Of a stretch of DNA of 22,795 nucleotides, positions 20,361 through 22,795 are shown one piece after another. Each line of letters starts with the position of its first letter. Position 1 is the stretch's first letter. Under the pieces are notes generated by a model. The model saw only the letters and a program-made list of their open reading frames with translations. It was not told the origin of the DNA and did no database searches. The stretch covers positions 1-22,795 of the forward strand of contig JAYUUO010000283.1 in the NCBI GenBank assembly GCA_043754515.1, in the 5' to 3' direction. The stretch is from Armatimonadota bacterium (GTDB lineage: Bacteria; Armatimonadota; Armatimonadia; Armatimonadales; Armatimonadaceae). The translations under genes were made by a program, and so were the position numbers.

Positions 20361-20414
20361 TATGGTACCTGACGCACATAATGGCGTATGATTGTTTGTT
20401 GGGAGTGAAAAGCC

Positions 20415-21323
20415 ATGGTAGCAATAGATGAGTTTGAAAAGGAGGGACACACCGTGTTTCGAGGTGACGCGTTGATCGTCCTAGATACTCACATAGCAGA
20501 TCAGTCAGTAGATTTGGTCTTTGCTGACCCCCCTTATAACATAGGGAAACACTTCGGCGACTTCCACGACAAATGGAGGTCCGACGATGAGTATGTCTCT
20601 TGGTGTTACCAGTGGCTTGATCTTTGTATACGTAAGCTGAAGCCCACCGGTAGCATGTACCTGATGGCTAGTACCCAAGCGATGCCCTATTTCGATTTGT
20701 ACCTTCGCAAAAAGATGACAATTCTGTCGAGGATTGTTTGGCATTACGATAGCTCAGGTGTTCAGGCTCGCAAATATTATGGTTCGCTCCACGAGCCGAT
20801 TCTCTATTGTGTGAAGGACGCCAAAAACTACATATTCAATGCGGAAGATATACTGGTAGAAGCGAGAACAGGGGCCGTTCGAAAATTGGTTGACTACCGG
20901 AAGACTGTTCCGTCTGAGTACAGTTCGAAAAAAATCCCCGGGAATGCGTGGTACTTCCCACGTGTGCGATTTCGTATGCCGGAGTACGAGGATCATCCTT
21001 CGCAGAAGCCTGAAGCACTTCTAGAGCGGATTATTCTAGCAAGTACAAAGAAGGAAGGCGTAGTATTAGACCCTTTTTCCGGCACATTTACTACAGGCAG
21101 TGTAGCAAAGCGTTTGGGTAGGAATAGCATTAGTATAGAGATTTCCGAAGCCTACGTGAAAGCGGGATTGAGAAGGCTGGGCATTCTTCCCGAAGGTGAA
21201 GGAGATGTGTCCACACAAGTGGTTAAAGAGTATAAACGTAGAGATGTTAAGCCACGAATCAACAGTACCGTTGCTCAGTCAGGTGGAAGTCAAACATGCT
21301 TAGACATCCTTTCACAGACGTGA
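20415..21323 (+). CDS. Site-specific DNA adenine methyltransferase, beta class, YhdJ-like
   Basis: DLVFADPPYN precedes HPSQKPEALLERII and VLDPFSGTFTT (catalytic motif before the SAM-binding motif). YDSSGVQA and FPRVRFRM are YhdJ-like. SD GGGAG upstream. Confidence 0.93.
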   Translation: MVAIDEFEKEGHTVFRGDALIVLDTHIADQSVDLVFADPPYNIGKHFGDFHDKWRSDDEYVSWCYQWLDLCIRKLKPTGSMYLMASTQAMPYFDLYLRKKMTILSRIVWHYDSSGVQARKYYGSLHEPILYCVKDAKNYIFNAEDILVEARTGAVRKLVDYRKTVPSEYSSKKIPGNAWYFPRVRFRMPEYEDHPSQKPEALLERIILASTKKEGVVLDPFSGTFTTGSVAKRLGRNSISIEISEAYVKAGLRRLGILPEGEGDVSTQVVKEYKRRDVKPRINSTVAQSGGSQTCLDILSQT

Positions 21324-22495
21324 TCGCTTCAATATTGAGCGAGTATTTCGGAGCGAATGCCACCCATATTTTTAACGCAAGTTACTTGATTCAGTACTTG
21401 AATGAGAAAACGCGGTCAGCGAATCGAGGTTCTAAAGCGCGAGGATCGTTCGGGAGCATATTTGCTTTATACGTCTTGGTGGAAGATTACATAGCTAAGG
21501 GCTTTTCGACTACTTCTGTTGGCCAATACAGCAAATATCAGGGGGCGCGGTTTACTGATCTACTCAAACGTCAACGAGAGTTGCCATTCGGAAGCAGACT
21601 ACAAAATCATCACCTGAATGCTAGGCTCAATGATGAGTTCACGAAGTTCTTCCCGACCATCCGTCAGCGTCCAATTATAAGAGCCGTTGAAGAACAAAGA
21701 TACTGGATCAATGAGAGCCTCCTGATGGTCTCTTTCATAGATACGGATGGCGTGGGCCAGACGGTGAACATAGCCGAATTGATCATCCGAATCGCCGATG
21801 ATTATGTCGCGGCGAAGCGATCTGCATTTGAAGCGTTTATAGAGACTTGCCGCAGGATCGGCGAGATCGAGAAACATGGCAGAGTGGAAGCCAAAGATTT
21901 TATCAGAGATCAACTAGAGTCAAACGTTGACGCTCGCATTTTCGAAATCGTTAGCTTCGCTATACTGAAAGTCCACTATGGCGAGCAGGAAATCTACTGG
22001 GGGCGGTCACCTGACACCTTAGAACGCGCGTTTTTAATCTTGTACAAAACAGGACGTACCAACGCAAACGACGGTGGCATTGATTTTGTCATGAGGCCAC
22101 TAGGCAGGTTCTTTCAAGTCACGGAGAATGTTGATGTTAGCAAATTCTTCTTGGACATAGACAAGATACAACGATTTCCTTTAACTTTCGTGGTGAAAGC
22201 CTCAGACAGCAGCGACGAGATCCGAGAGAGCATCAAAGAACAGGCTACAAAAAAATACGCAATCGAATCAATCATACAGAAGTATATGAGTTGTGTTGAG
22301 GAGATAATTAACATCCCGATGCTCAATGATTTTTTAGCTGAGATAGTCGCGGATGACAAAACGCGTGATGTTATGCAGGAAATAATAGTCCAAAGTAAGG
22401 TAGAGTTTAACTACATAAATGACGAGGCGACGCAAAATCTTTCGGAAGCTTCGGCGGAAGATGTTGAAGATATAATCGATGGGCTTGACGAATAG
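21296..22495 (+). CDS. Putative type II restriction endonuclease
   Basis: 399 aa, overlaps the MTase 3' end by 28 nt and shares its lower GC. Nuclease-like motif FEIVS...NANDGGIDF...FFQVTE (D..Qx variant of PD-(D/E)xK). Confidence 0.75.
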   Translation: MLRHPFTDVIASILSEYFGANATHIFNASYLIQYLNEKTRSANRGSKARGSFGSIFALYVLVEDYIAKGFSTTSVGQYSKYQGARFTDLLKRQRELPFGSRLQNHHLNARLNDEFTKFFPTIRQRPIIRAVEEQRYWINESLLMVSFIDTDGVGQTVNIAELIIRIADDYVAAKRSAFEAFIETCRRIGEIEKHGRVEAKDFIRDQLESNVDARIFEIVSFAILKVHYGEQEIYWGRSPDTLERAFLILYKTGRTNANDGGIDFVMRPLGRFFQVTENVDVSKFFLDIDKIQRFPLTFVVKASDSSDEIRESIKEQATKKYAIESIIQKYMSCVEEIINIPMLNDFLAEIVADDKTRDVMQEIIVQSKVEFNYINDEATQNLSEASAEDVEDIIDGLDE

Positions 22496-22619
22496 GATGC
22501 TCCCGTCACGTCAACCCGTTCCGTTGTTCGAGGTTGCCTAACCATTCCCAACGCGTTGCAATGGCGGTTACAGTACGGCCGAGCTATAGCGGACGGAGCG
22601 GCGGTGATCGGGGTGGAGC

Positions 22620-22795
22620 GTGTCCGTTAGCGCGGCGAAAACGATTCGCGGCGACTTTCAGACGCCCCCCGCGCTCGCGGCGCGCGTGTGCGAACTCCTC
22701 GCGGCGCGGGGCGTCTGCCCGTCCGTCGTGCTGGAGCCGACGTGCGGCACGGGGGCGTTCTTGCGGGCGGGGGTGGCGACGTGGGGCGCGGCACC
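22620..22795 (+). CDS. SAM-dependent DNA methyltransferase, N-terminal part (runs off window)
   Basis: From GTG 22620: VSVSAAKTIRGDFQTPPALAARVCELLAARGVCPSVVLEPTCGTGAFLRA. This contains motif X (G.F.TP) and motif I (LEPTCGTGAFL) of gamma-class N6-adenine MTases. Absent from the ORF track. Confidence 0.85.
   Translation, partial: MSVSAAKTIRGDFQTPPALAARVCELLAARGVCPSVVLEPTCGTGAFLRAGVATWGAA

Noticed and set aside
20125..20391. 88-aa ORF as an independent small protein or R-M controller (C protein)
   Set aside because: No HTH; it is one frame of the Abi_2 pseudogene.

Overview
GC-rich bacterial chromosomal segment. The RF1 GGQNVQK variant and a Gram-positive-type LexA box suggest a Terrabacteria lineage such as Armatimonadota or Chloroflexota, but this is inference only. 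The housekeeping backbone is leuS (-) divergent from prfA (+), a small hypothetical gene, osmC, a highly divergent PhoU-like gene downstream of a MacB/FtsX-type ABC permease and ATPase, a divergent AraC/PhyH dioxygenase pair, a stand-alone DUF2156 (MprF C-terminal-like) gene, and a SWIM-SNF2 helicase divergent from uvrA, which has an SOS box. The first accessory patch (about 11.27-13.27 kb) is a decay hotspot: a histidine-phosphatase pseudogene, a 183-bp MITE with perfect 16-bp TIRs, and an IS200/IS605 element with no tnpA. Its tnpB carries a nonsense codon, a frameshift and an internal deletion, while the element ends remain recognisable. The second patch (19.9 kb to the end) is a defence patch after uvrA. 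It holds a near-consensus promoter, a compact structured RNA with a U8 tract, a decayed Abi_2/AbiF toxin gene, an intact lower-GC YhdJ-like MTase plus restriction endonuclease pair, and the start of a second DNA MTase that the ORF track misses. All family assignments come from motif recognition by eye; no database searches were run.
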